Positions 21,658-30,135 of a stretch of 30,135 nt of DNA are shown here, one piece after another. This DNA comes from Promethearchaeota archaeon. GTDB lineage: Archaea; Asgardarchaeota; Lokiarchaeia; Sigyniarchaeales; SOKP01. Both the position numbers and the translations under genes were made by a program. Location: NCBI GenBank assembly GCA_029838195.1, contig JALGVJ010000058.1, positions 1-30,135 on the forward strand, in the 5' to 3' direction. The notes under the pieces are model-generated. The model was not told the DNA's origin, made no database searches, and worked only from the letters and a program-made list of their open reading frames with translations. Position 1 is the first letter of the stretch. Each line of letters begins with the position of its first letter.

Positions 21658-22761
21658 TTGGAACGTTGGGAGGAGAAGGAGAATAAGAGGCTACGAGTGG
21701 ATTTTGTTGATAAACCTCCGGATAAAGAAATTTTAAAGTTTGAAATCATTAGAAAGAAGAAAAGGAAGCCCGATTATTATTACCACTTGGCGAATTCGCT
21801 GGATTATAAACAAATTAAAAATATGACATATTTAGCCATTCAGCATCAAAATTTAGAGGCGATAATGGGATTATTAAAATCGAACGTGTATGCGGCCACG
21901 GATGCATTGGATACGGAAGAAGGCGTGAGATTTTTTGCTGAAAAGGCAAAAGAAACAAGTTTAATCATGCCGGAATTGTATTTTTTCATTAGGCGTCCCA
22001 TATCTCAAAAATATAAATCGATTTTTAGACGATTGGCACGCCAGAGCATTATAAAGACTTCTATCAAAATTGCTAGTAGAGGAATTCGGGGAGGATATAA
22101 AAAGACTGTTCCGCGATATATAATTGGCTCTCCTGAGTTTGATTTGGATGAGACTATTCAACATAACCCGTTAAAAATCCATAAAAAGATATTATCTCAT
22201 GGAGATATTTTTGGGATTGAAAGAAAAAGGAAAAAAAGGAGAGTCATGATGATTTTGGATACAAGCGGCAGCATGTATGGTAGATTATTATTGAATGCAG
22301 CGTTAACCACTTCCGTTTTAGCCTATAACATGGAAAAAGAAAATTATGGCATCGTGTTATTCAATTCAACAGCAATGATAATGAAAAAATTAAATGAGAG
22401 AAAATATATAACAGATATCATTGATGAGATCTTGGATTCGGAAGCAGCTGGTTTCACTAATATTTCTATAGGGCTTCAAAAAGGATTAGAAGAATTAAAT
22501 AAATCATCCCTTGATAGACAACATCAATTTGGGATTTTAATTACGGATGGCGTCTATAATAGGGGCGAAAACCCGGTTAAAATCGCTAAAAAATATCCAA
22601 AACTCCACGTGATTGGCATGCCTGCAGATAATGATGCTGATAAGGGAATTGAAACTTGCAAGGAGATTGCAAATGCTGGTAGGGGTAAATTTATTTCTGT
22701 TCAAGATTATAAAGATATTCCTAGAGCGTTAATTCATTTATTAGCTCAAGCCGGGTCTTGA
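21658..22761 (+). CDS. von Willebrand factor A (VWA) domain protein, MoxR partner
   Basis: MIDAS DTSGSM, GFTNI, LITDG; FDLDETI upstream motif; 14 nt after the MoxR gene. Confidence 0.92.
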   Translation: MERWEEKENKRLRVDFVDKPPDKEILKFEIIRKKKRKPDYYYHLANSLDYKQIKNMTYLAIQHQNLEAIMGLLKSNVYAATDALDTEEGVRFFAEKAKETSLIMPELYFFIRRPISQKYKSIFRRLARQSIIKTSIKIASRGIRGGYKKTVPRYIIGSPEFDLDETIQHNPLKIHKKILSHGDIFGIERKRKKRRVMMILDTSGSMYGRLLLNAALTTSVLAYNMEKENYGIVLFNSTAMIMKKLNERKYITDIIDEILDSEAAGFTNISIGLQKGLEELNKSSLDRQHQFGILITDGVYNRGENPVKIAKKYPKLHVIGMPADNDADKGIETCKEIANAGRGKFISVQDYKDIPRALIHLLAQAGS

Positions 22762-22956
22762 TATTATAAAATTTTGCGAAAAATTGTATCGTTTTTATAA
22801 GGAAAGGGTTAGTATTTCACGATGTATTAATTAATTTCAATAATCATTATCCTTTTATTTCCTCTTTAATATAAATCTTAAAATTTTAAAGTCTCTCATG
22901 TTTAAATAAATAGATTAAATCTATTTAATGTAAAAATGTTTAAAGGCTAAATTTAG

Positions 22957-24267
22957 ATGGTCCGTCCTCCAACTGAACCGAATCTCTGCTTGCGCTGTAA
23001 GGGTGGGCGACTTTTATGTGGTAAGACGCGTTGTCCCATTTTATTAAAAAAGTCCGTTTTAAAATCCATCGTTCCTTTTCCATTTGATAAATCAAAACGG
23101 GATGTAGAAATTTTCGGCGCAAGCCCACCAGGCATATTCGTTGGACATTTTAATTATCCGGTAGTTAATATCGGACCTCTCATTCCTTTCCAAGAATTTA
23201 ATATTAATCTGGAAAAAACAGAAAATTACATGTTGGATGCTCCAGAATTATGGTTTGGTAAATCGATGGAAGAAATTATAAGATATCGAACGAGTTTGGT
23301 CAGAAATAACTTCCTTTCTAACGTGAACTATGTAAAAATGGGTCAAAAAACCACGCCCCCCCTTAAAACACTTCGCTTGCTAGAAACTGCGCAGGAATTA
23401 GCAATGGCATCTCAACCAGTGGATACCGAATCAAAATTATTAAATTTACGCTTCCGAGTGCTCATGGATAATCATTCCCCCCCATTAGGCCCAACGGGCA
23501 AGATAGAAAATTTAAGAATAACAGAAAATACAAAAGTTCATCCTAAAGTAGAATATTGCGTATCTGATACTGATTTAAAAGCTCAAGATGCAATTACCGA
23601 ACATTTATATTTTAGGGGCCACGTACCGGAATACACCATCCGTAGAATTTTTTCTTCGGGATTGTTAGGAGAAAAACAGAATCGAAAATTAGTGCCCACG
23701 CGATGGGCAATCACCGCGGTGGACGATATTATTTCAAAAGCTTTAATAAAGGAGATAAAAAAATTTCCTGAAATTAATGATTATAGGATTTTTGAATCAT
23801 CGTACTTAGATAATCACTTTAAAATCTTACTATTTCCCGGAAAATTTTTATATGAAATGAATGAAGTTTGGGCTGCTAAGAGCTTATGGAATCCAACTTA
23901 TAAACCTCAAATTGCCACCGACTATGAATTCTACTCAGGAAGGAAAAATTATGCAAGCAACATCACGGGAGCTTATTATGCGGCTCGAAAATCTGTTTGC
24001 GAGTATTTGCATTCAATAAAAAGGCAAGCACGAGTTTTAATCTTTCGAGAAGTGTTTGGAGGGTATGTGGTTCCTCTTGGCGTATGGGTTATTCGGGAAG
24101 CTGTTAAAAATGCCATAGTTAATACCGATCCTATCATAGTAGATAATTTTGATGAGGCTCTAAATAAAATGGGGGAGGGTCTTAGGTTAAATTTAAGGGC
24201 TTGGAAACAAAGTAGCAAGATTATTAATTTCATTAAAACTCAAAGGACTCTTGATCAGTATATATGA
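22957..24267 (+). CDS. nreA: Archaeal DNA repair protein Nre (PCNA-interacting)
   Basis: CLRCKG-x4-CG-x3-CP Cys cluster, GASPP-IFVG, RKLVPTRWAITAVD, GAYYAAR, YVVPLGVWVIRE, C-terminal PIP box QRTLDQYI. Confidence 0.93.
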   Translation: MVRPPTEPNLCLRCKGGRLLCGKTRCPILLKKSVLKSIVPFPFDKSKRDVEIFGASPPGIFVGHFNYPVVNIGPLIPFQEFNINLEKTENYMLDAPELWFGKSMEEIIRYRTSLVRNNFLSNVNYVKMGQKTTPPLKTLRLLETAQELAMASQPVDTESKLLNLRFRVLMDNHSPPLGPTGKIENLRITENTKVHPKVEYCVSDTDLKAQDAITEHLYFRGHVPEYTIRRIFSSGLLGEKQNRKLVPTRWAITAVDDIISKALIKEIKKFPEINDYRIFESSYLDNHFKILLFPGKFLYEMNEVWAAKSLWNPTYKPQIATDYEFYSGRKNYASNITGAYYAARKSVCEYLHSIKRQARVLIFREVFGGYVVPLGVWVIREAVKNAIVNTDPIIVDNFDEALNKMGEGLRLNLRAWKQSSKIINFIKTQRTLDQYI

Positions 24268-24439
24268 TTTTTTGAGGATTTCCACCCATTCACTTTCTCA
24301 TTCTCAAGCACCCTCTTACTTAAAAACCTAAATGGTAATGAATCACCATTAAAGAGGGAAATGGAAAAAAATTAAGTTTATATATAAATAGATTCATCTA
24401 ATTATTAACTGAATTTTATAGGATAAACCTTCTCTTTTC

Positions 24440-25036
24440 GTGATTTTCATGACATGTGATCAATGTTTGGGTTTACTTCTTATTAGTATTGCTTGTTTTA
24501 TTATCATGATATATTTAACAAGGGATTATTTCGAACGTAAAAAGTTGTATTCAATTTGGATGGCATTATTTTATTTCATTGCGGGACTCATCTGGCTCCT
24601 TAAATTTTTTCTTTTAGATTGGTTATTTAACGTGTATACTTCTTTTGAGGCATTCTATCTCATCATTCAATTAATTCCTTTTTTATTCTTGATGATTGTT
24701 TTACTAAATTTTTTGATTGTAAAATGGATCTATTGGCTATTCATCATAGCTGGAACTGCGATTCTTTCCATTGTTCATTCGTTTATTCCATTGAATTTAA
24801 TCATGTATTACGTGCTTTTGAGTTTTATTGCCGCGGACATGGTCTTATTGGTTTTGAATTGGAGGAAATATAAAAACGTGCGCGACTTAGGAGTCATTCT
24901 TGGATTAGGCGTGATTTTTTCCTCCTATTTCTTCCTAATGTTCTTTAATTCCGAGATGATGCATGGTATTCTATTAACCATTGCGGCACTTATCTGGGGA
25001 ATTAATTACACGAAAGTCACTGAAAAAGTAGAGTAA
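24440..25036 (+). CDS. Hypothetical 7-TM membrane protein
   Basis: About seven hydrophobic segments in 198 aa; start may be GTG 24440 or the ATG three codons later; TTTATATA about 60 nt upstream. Confidence 0.8.
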   Translation: MIFMTCDQCLGLLLISIACFIIMIYLTRDYFERKKLYSIWMALFYFIAGLIWLLKFFLLDWLFNVYTSFEAFYLIIQLIPFLFLMIVLLNFLIVKWIYWLFIIAGTAILSIVHSFIPLNLIMYYVLLSFIAADMVLLVLNWRKYKNVRDLGVILGLGVIFSSYFFLMFFNSEMMHGILLTIAALIWGINYTKVTEKVE

Positions 25037-25093
25037 AAATTAATTTTTTTAATAAATAATATAAGATAAAAAACTTTATCAAAAAAAAATTCA

Positions 25094-25963
25094 ATGCCAT
25101 TAAAAATGATAATTGATGTTCACGTGCATCCTTTTTGCAAGGAAGCCACATGGGGAGATTTAGACAAAATAGCAAGTGCCATGTGGGGATTAGATCCCAT
25201 CAAATTAAAACGGATGAAAGTAATGTTAAAAGGAGTAGCGTCAAATATTTCGATTGATAGCTACATTGAATTAATGAACAAATTTCATATTGATAAATGT
25301 GTTATTGTATCTTTTAATGTCACTACTGCATACGGTGTAACTTTAGTGACCAATGAAGATGTTGCTAATTTTGTTTCAAAATATCCAAAAAGGTTCATTG
25401 GATTCGGATGCGTGGATGTTCCAGCACCAGATGCTATGGATCAGTTAGAACATGCTATTTTAAGCTTGGATCTAAAAGGAATTAAAATTGTTCCACCCGT
25501 CCAGAAATTTGATATCTCCGATAAAAAATATGATCCTTTATGGAAAAAAATGGTGGATTTGAATGTCCCCTTATGGACTCATGGAGGACATCAAGTTTCC
25601 ACGGCTGGTTCGCGAGCAGATTTAGGCCATCCCATGTTAATAGATAAAATGGCTATGCGAAATGAAGATTTAACCATTATAATTGGCCATATGGGAACGC
25701 CGTGGTTCTGGGACACTTATTCCGTGGTATTGCGTCATCCCAACGTGTACGTTGATATATCTGCCCATCCAGATCTGTATTCCTATTTTCCATGGGATGC
25801 TTATTCCAAATACAATATTGAACATAAAATTTTATTCGGTTCAGATCACCCTCTCGTGCATTGGAATAATATTGTCCCGGCTGCTCAAAATTTACCCATA
25901 TCTGATAGTTTTAAAAAAAAAATTATGGGAGAAAACGCTGTAAAACTTTTTTCGTTCAAATAA
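25094..25963 (+). CDS. Amidohydrolase_2 family metallo-hydrolase
   Basis: IIDVHVH, LKGIKI, WTHGG, IGHMG, VYVDISA, LFGSDHP, GENA. Confidence 0.92.
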   Translation: MPLKMIIDVHVHPFCKEATWGDLDKIASAMWGLDPIKLKRMKVMLKGVASNISIDSYIELMNKFHIDKCVIVSFNVTTAYGVTLVTNEDVANFVSKYPKRFIGFGCVDVPAPDAMDQLEHAILSLDLKGIKIVPPVQKFDISDKKYDPLWKKMVDLNVPLWTHGGHQVSTAGSRADLGHPMLIDKMAMRNEDLTIIIGHMGTPWFWDTYSVVLRHPNVYVDISAHPDLYSYFPWDAYSKYNIEHKILFGSDHPLVHWNNIVPAAQNLPISDSFKKKIMGENAVKLFSFK

Positions 25964-26131
25964 TAAAAATTTTTTATTATTTATTTCATTTCTTATCTAA
26001 TTCTTGTTAAGAACTTAAATGCGAGTAAGAAATAAGAAGGTTTTGAATTTTAAAAAATATAGATTTAATTTTTAAGCTTTGTTAGTAGTCTTGTAATTAC
26101 TAAAAAATAAGTTTAAAAAAAATAAAAATAA

Positions 26132-27862
26132 TTAAATTTCCAAGGGTTTGATCTCAATTTTTTCCACCTTTTTCACTTTCTTCACTTTTGGATGCCGTAT
26201 CACATTACCCTTAATGACCACCATCGTTACATTTCCTAAAGTATCAATATTTTCTAGCGGATTTTCAGGAACGACTTGTAAATCTGCAAATTTCCCTTCC
26301 TCAATGCTTCCGGTAATATCACTAAGCCCTAAGATTTCAGCCGTATTTTTAGTTGCAAAATAAATAGCTTCTTGAGCGGACATGTCGGTATATTTTAAAT
26401 AATATTTCAGCTCTTTCCATACACCATAATGGGTTGAATAGGGAACGGACGCATCTGTACCAATACAAAATCGGATTCCATTTTCGTACGCTTTACGCAA
26501 TCCCAATATCATTTCTTTTTCAATCAATTTAGCATTTTCAAATTTAACAGGCGTGATTTTAGTATCTTTAATTGGTAAAGTCGCTAATGCCATTCCGGCG
26601 GAAATGGTGGGAGTAAGAGCTGTGTATCCTCGAAGTGCTTTTGGATTATTTTTAAATAAAGGTATCAAATCATCTGGAATATCCGCTCCATGCTCGATTG
26701 TATCCACCCCGCCATTTAACGCTTCTCGAATTCCTTCCGTACTCTCACAATGCGTGGCTACTAATAAATTGCCCCGGTGGGCTTCAGTACAAGCGATTTC
26801 AATCTCTTCAACCGTCATTTGAGGGCGCCCTGCCTCTCCAACTATGCGAGCATCCATGACTCCCCCTGTAGATAAAATCTTGATGCAATCCACCTCTTCT
26901 CTTATATTTTTCCTCACTCTTTTTCTAATTTCTCCCTTGCTATCTGCCATAAAGCCAAAGGCGCCCCCATGGCCACCAGTAGGACAAATTCCTAATCCCG
27001 ACACCAATAATCGCGGGCCTAAAATTTTTCCCTCCTCGATCATTTTTCTGAGTTTTACATCTAAATAAAAAGGATCTCCCATTGAGCGGAGCGTGGTCAC
27101 TCCGGCATTTAAAGCATTCTGAGCATTTTTTTTCATCATGCGAATGGAAATCCACTTACCAATGCTGGTCCCAAGCAAGCGCATTAATTTTTTCATGGTC
27201 TCATCACTAAGGTTCATCACTTTCATTGGCTTTCCGCTTCCAAATAAATGACAATGAGCGTTGATGAGTCCAGGGAGGACATATTGCCCTTTTAAATCAA
27301 TTTTTTTATATTCTTGAGGAATTTCTATTTCTTCAGCCAAGCCTACCTTCAAGATTTTTCCGGGTTCTTGTCCTTCTTCTACTTTATTTTGAATTAAAAT
27401 TACTCCATTAGAAATGACCTTACTATCCTTGTTACCATCAATGATATTACAATTTATTAAGGCAAGATTACGTTTCGGTTCTTTTTTCCTACCAAATTTC
27501 GATTTCAAAAAATACACGATTTTAATCATGAGGTAGATATCGATCAAGCTACTAATGATAATAATAAACCAGTACCACGCACTTGACATCCAAGAGGGTT
27601 CTAAACGAGCTAATCCGAGTGTATAAGTGTACATTCCAAAATTATTTAATATCATGTCAATGATACCGAGGGGGATGCCAATAAAAGGGAGGATCCAAGG
27701 ATACACGTTCAATAAACCAACCAAAAGATACGCCAACATTCCAAGAACGCCGGTTAATGATCCATACGTCATCCATGCTAAAACAGCGACCAAGAGAATA
27801 AAAAATAACGAAATTTTTCGCAATACGGGAGTAATTTTATAAGGTTCAATATTTTCGGTCAT
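26132..27862 (-). CDS. Amidohydrolase_1 (prolidase/Xaa-Pro dipeptidase-like) fused to an N-terminal membrane domain
   Basis: PGLINAHCHL, GVTTLR, TGGHG, IKILSTGGV (carboxylated Lys position), ATHCES, IEHG, IGTDA, GSIEEGKFAD; first about 120 aa hydrophobic. Confidence 0.9.
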   Translation of the reverse strand: MTENIEPYKITPVLRKISLFFILLVAVLAWMTYGSLTGVLGMLAYLLVGLLNVYPWILPFIGIPLGIIDMILNNFGMYTYTLGLARLEPSWMSSAWYWFIIIISSLIDIYLMIKIVYFLKSKFGRKKEPKRNLALINCNIIDGNKDSKVISNGVILIQNKVEEGQEPGKILKVGLAEEIEIPQEYKKIDLKGQYVLPGLINAHCHLFGSGKPMKVMNLSDETMKKLMRLLGTSIGKWISIRMMKKNAQNALNAGVTTLRSMGDPFYLDVKLRKMIEEGKILGPRLLVSGLGICPTGGHGGAFGFMADSKGEIRKRVRKNIREEVDCIKILSTGGVMDARIVGEAGRPQMTVEEIEIACTEAHRGNLLVATHCESTEGIREALNGGVDTIEHGADIPDDLIPLFKNNPKALRGYTALTPTISAGMALATLPIKDTKITPVKFENAKLIEKEMILGLRKAYENGIRFCIGTDASVPYSTHYGVWKELKYYLKYTDMSAQEAIYFATKNTAEILGLSDITGSIEEGKFADLQVVPENPLENIDTLGNVTMVVIKGNVIRHPKVKKVKKVEKIEIKPLEI

Positions 27863-28099
27863 GTGTTAATTCACTCATTAATTATTATTTAATTTTTGAT
27901 TTAGACATCATTTAAGGATCATCTTTTAGAAATAAAAGGTTTATTGAATTTTTATCCGTGTATTATTAATTAGATTTTTTACATTTTTAAATCAAGTTGG
28001 GGATATTGTAGAATTAAATAGAGTTAAATTATAGAGCGAGTCAAAATATTTATTAAAAAAGAAACAAATCTGAAATTAAAAAAAGGAATGTGAAACAAA

Positions 28100-29341
28100 A
28101 TGAACCGTGAAACAAAATGGTTTAATGAGAAATGGTGGATATCTCCCTTTAATTATTTAGAAGAAGTGAGAACATCATTAAATTTACCAGAAAAAGTGTA
28201 CGTGAGAGATTCTACCATTCGGGAAGGAGAAGAAACTCCAGGAGTTCGTTATACCTTGGGCGAGAAAATTCAAATTGTAGAGAAATTAGAAGATATAGGT
28301 GTTAGACACATTGATTGCGGATATATTGGAAAAGTTTCCGATCAATGGGAATTGGCAAGTAAGCTTAAGGAACTTGGACTGCACATGCAGACCTATTGCC
28401 ATCTCAGTTCGAATGCCGCTGGATGGACTGAGGAAATCAAAAAAGCTCTTGAAGCAAGAGTTGATTTTATTGGTTTTGGAATTGTATTAACGGAATGGCA
28501 ATTACAACTTTTTTCTGGGATTGAAGAAATCAAACCGGAAGTAATGATTGCCTTGATCCCCACTGTGTTAAAAAGAATAAAAAAATTAGGGGGCAAAGCT
28601 ATTTTGGACTGCGTGGACGCCACTCGTTCTGATTTACCAACACTAGTAAAAGCTATTGAACGAGGAATTAAACATGGGGTACAAATGGTGATGCTTTATG
28701 ATACCGTAGGGGCTTGCAACATTCCTGCTATTTCTTACTTGATTAAAACCCTAAGACCAATTACACGAGAAATACCGCTGGGCATTCATGTCCACGATGA
28801 TTTTGGATTAGGCACGGCATCCACGATTGCAGCGGTTGAACAAGGAGCCACTTTCATGGATTTAGTGGTCAATAAATTAGGAGATCGTGCGGGAAATACT
28901 TCTCTTGAAGAAGTGGTGGTTGCTTTAGAAATGCTTTACGGAATTGACACGGGCATTGATCTTTCAAAATTATATGATTTAAGCAAGTTAGTTGAGAAAT
29001 TATCAAGAGTTCCCCTTCCTCCTAATAAACCCGTAGTAGGAAGTAATACTTTTGTACACGAAAGCGAACTTCACGTAATGGGAGCTTTGAAAAAAGAAAA
29101 ATATTGGATGTGCTTTACACCCTATAAACCAGAAGTTGTTGGTCAATCGGAAAAAGTAATTTTTGGTCCTACCACGCTTCACGGGGATGCTATCAAGATT
29201 AAATTACAACAAATGGGACATGACACTTCTCAAAAACAGGTGAATAAAATATTGAGCACCCTCCAAGCAATTTTTAAAGAAAAAAATTATATTACCGAAA
29301 TAGAATTGGAAGGAATAATTAAAAAGACCATTACTTCTTAA
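28100..29341 (+). CDS. DRE-TIM metallolyase, homocitrate/isopropylmalate/citramalate synthase family, without C-terminal regulatory domain
   Basis: RDSTIREGEETPG, DTVG, HVHDDFG, GDRAGN, LEEV, PVVG, HESELH. Confidence 0.88.
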   Translation: MNRETKWFNEKWWISPFNYLEEVRTSLNLPEKVYVRDSTIREGEETPGVRYTLGEKIQIVEKLEDIGVRHIDCGYIGKVSDQWELASKLKELGLHMQTYCHLSSNAAGWTEEIKKALEARVDFIGFGIVLTEWQLQLFSGIEEIKPEVMIALIPTVLKRIKKLGGKAILDCVDATRSDLPTLVKAIERGIKHGVQMVMLYDTVGACNIPAISYLIKTLRPITREIPLGIHVHDDFGLGTASTIAAVEQGATFMDLVVNKLGDRAGNTSLEEVVVALEMLYGIDTGIDLSKLYDLSKLVEKLSRVPLPPNKPVVGSNTFVHESELHVMGALKKEKYWMCFTPYKPEVVGQSEKVIFGPTTLHGDAIKIKLQQMGHDTSQKQVNKILSTLQAIFKEKNYITEIELEGIIKKTITS

Positions 29342-29521
29342 ATTCTCTTGCTTCTCATTATTTAAGAAATAATTGGGGAGCCCACACGTTTTTTCATATT
29401 TTTATTTTCCTCTGCTGATTAAAATTAAAAAAAAAAAAAGAGTAATAACATGACGAATGCTAAAAAAATTCCTTCACATTTTTATAAAAAAAAATAATTT
29501 TTAAGAAAAAGTAATTTTTTC

Positions 29522-29839
29522 TTAAAAATAACTTCCAAGATGTTCTTTGGAGGTACCGTGGAGGGCGATGCCTTGATCATGTCGGAATATACCTTTTATC
29601 AGGTAATTAACCTCGAAACCAGAGAAAGCTCGCCTGCTAACAAAAAGTATTTTTTCATCGGAAATTTCGACCAAAAATTCGCAAGCACGCGTTATATTCG
29701 CGAGCGGGGTTTTTACATTGATGCGGATATTTGCCGGCATTTCAAGGTGGAACTCTTGTTCTTGTATGATCTTCGAGGCTTTCTTTTCCATTATGGATGG
29801 CATGGGATAATGGAATTGGGACTCTATGGACGGCAGCAA
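29522..29839 (-). CDS. Hypothetical protein (start uncertain)
   Basis: 105-aa ORF in a GC-richer stretch, followed on its own strand by a T13 tract (A-run 29427-29439); competes with a 139-aa antisense ORF. Confidence 0.35.
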   Translation of the reverse strand: MLPSIESQFHYPMPSIMEKKASKIIQEQEFHLEMPANIRINVKTPLANITRACEFLVEISDEKILFVSRRAFSGFEVNYLIKGIFRHDQGIALHGTSKEHLGSYF

Positions 29840-30050
29840 AAAATCATCTACATTCGACGGGAGAGCACCCAGACATTGACTTTCTTGTTGTTCTGCTGCG
29901 GGATGATCTTATTGGATCAATTCGCAAATTTCGAATGGGAATTAAGCAGGAAAAAATGAACGTGCCTAAAAACTCACTTTTTTTTTTCATTTCTATTTTT
30001 CTTTTCATGTTCTTGTTCTTGTTCCTTTTGTTAGATCATTATTAGTTAGA

Positions 30051-30134
30051 TCAGCATGAGTTAGGAGGCTTATCATCCAATCTTTTCTTTACCTTCCGGT
30101 TGTATTTCGCCCATTTTTTCTCAATGGTCGAGGT
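30051..30134 (-). CDS. C-terminal end of an ORF entering from the right edge (TSTIEKKWAKYNRKVKKRLDDKPPNSC*)
   Basis: Frame open from the window edge to TGA at 30053-30051; basic, protein-like tail. Confidence 0.45.
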   Translation of the reverse strand, partial: TSTIEKKWAKYNRKVKKRLDDKPPNSC

Positions 30135-30135
30135 T

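Noticed and set aside
24338-24380. SECIS-like AUGA...AAA element
   Set aside because: The core helix and opposing GA are not formed, and no in-frame TGA selenoprotein candidate was seen nearby
24440-25036. Rhodopsin (schizo-/heliorhodopsin)
   Set aside because: No retinal-binding Lys motif in TM7 and no TM3 RYxxW-type motif
29850-29900. DGR template repeat or IS630 fragment (AACAACAAG..., 'KKVNVW')
   Set aside because: No matching variable repeat or RT seen in the window, and no DDE motifs follow

Overview
AT-rich (roughly 30-35% GC by eye) archaeal chromosomal segment. The Nre DNA-repair gene with a PIP box, the DUF3782-type nuclease and poly-T terminators point to an archaeon; Asgard/Lokiarchaeia is an inference, not shown. 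The left two thirds (about 0.3-19.8 kb) form a loose carbohydrate-catabolism cluster: an IolI-like isomerase, a membrane-anchored esterase, a Gfo/Idh/MocA oxidoreductase, two Cys-type sulfatases, a Thr-type sulfatase-like hydrolase, a GH31 and a GH2/LacZ. Embedded in it is a corrinoid protein + UroD/MtaA-family methyltransferase pair, co-oriented with the Thr-type hydrolase and the GH31. This is the best candidate for an undescribed system: anaerobic cobamide-dependent demethylation of methylated sugars or cyclitols. The cluster is interrupted by a frameshifted coiled-coil/PD-(D/E)XK gene with a 54-bp tandem repeat and by a low-GC MNT-HEPN toxin-antitoxin pair. The right third holds a MoxR AAA+/VWA pair, nreA, a 7-TM protein, two amidohydrolases (one membrane-fused), an atypical DRE-TIM synthase and an unexplained GC-richer edge region. 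The palindrome CACGTG is strongly over-represented (at least 14 copies against about 2-3 expected). No rRNA, tRNA or CRISPR array was recognised.
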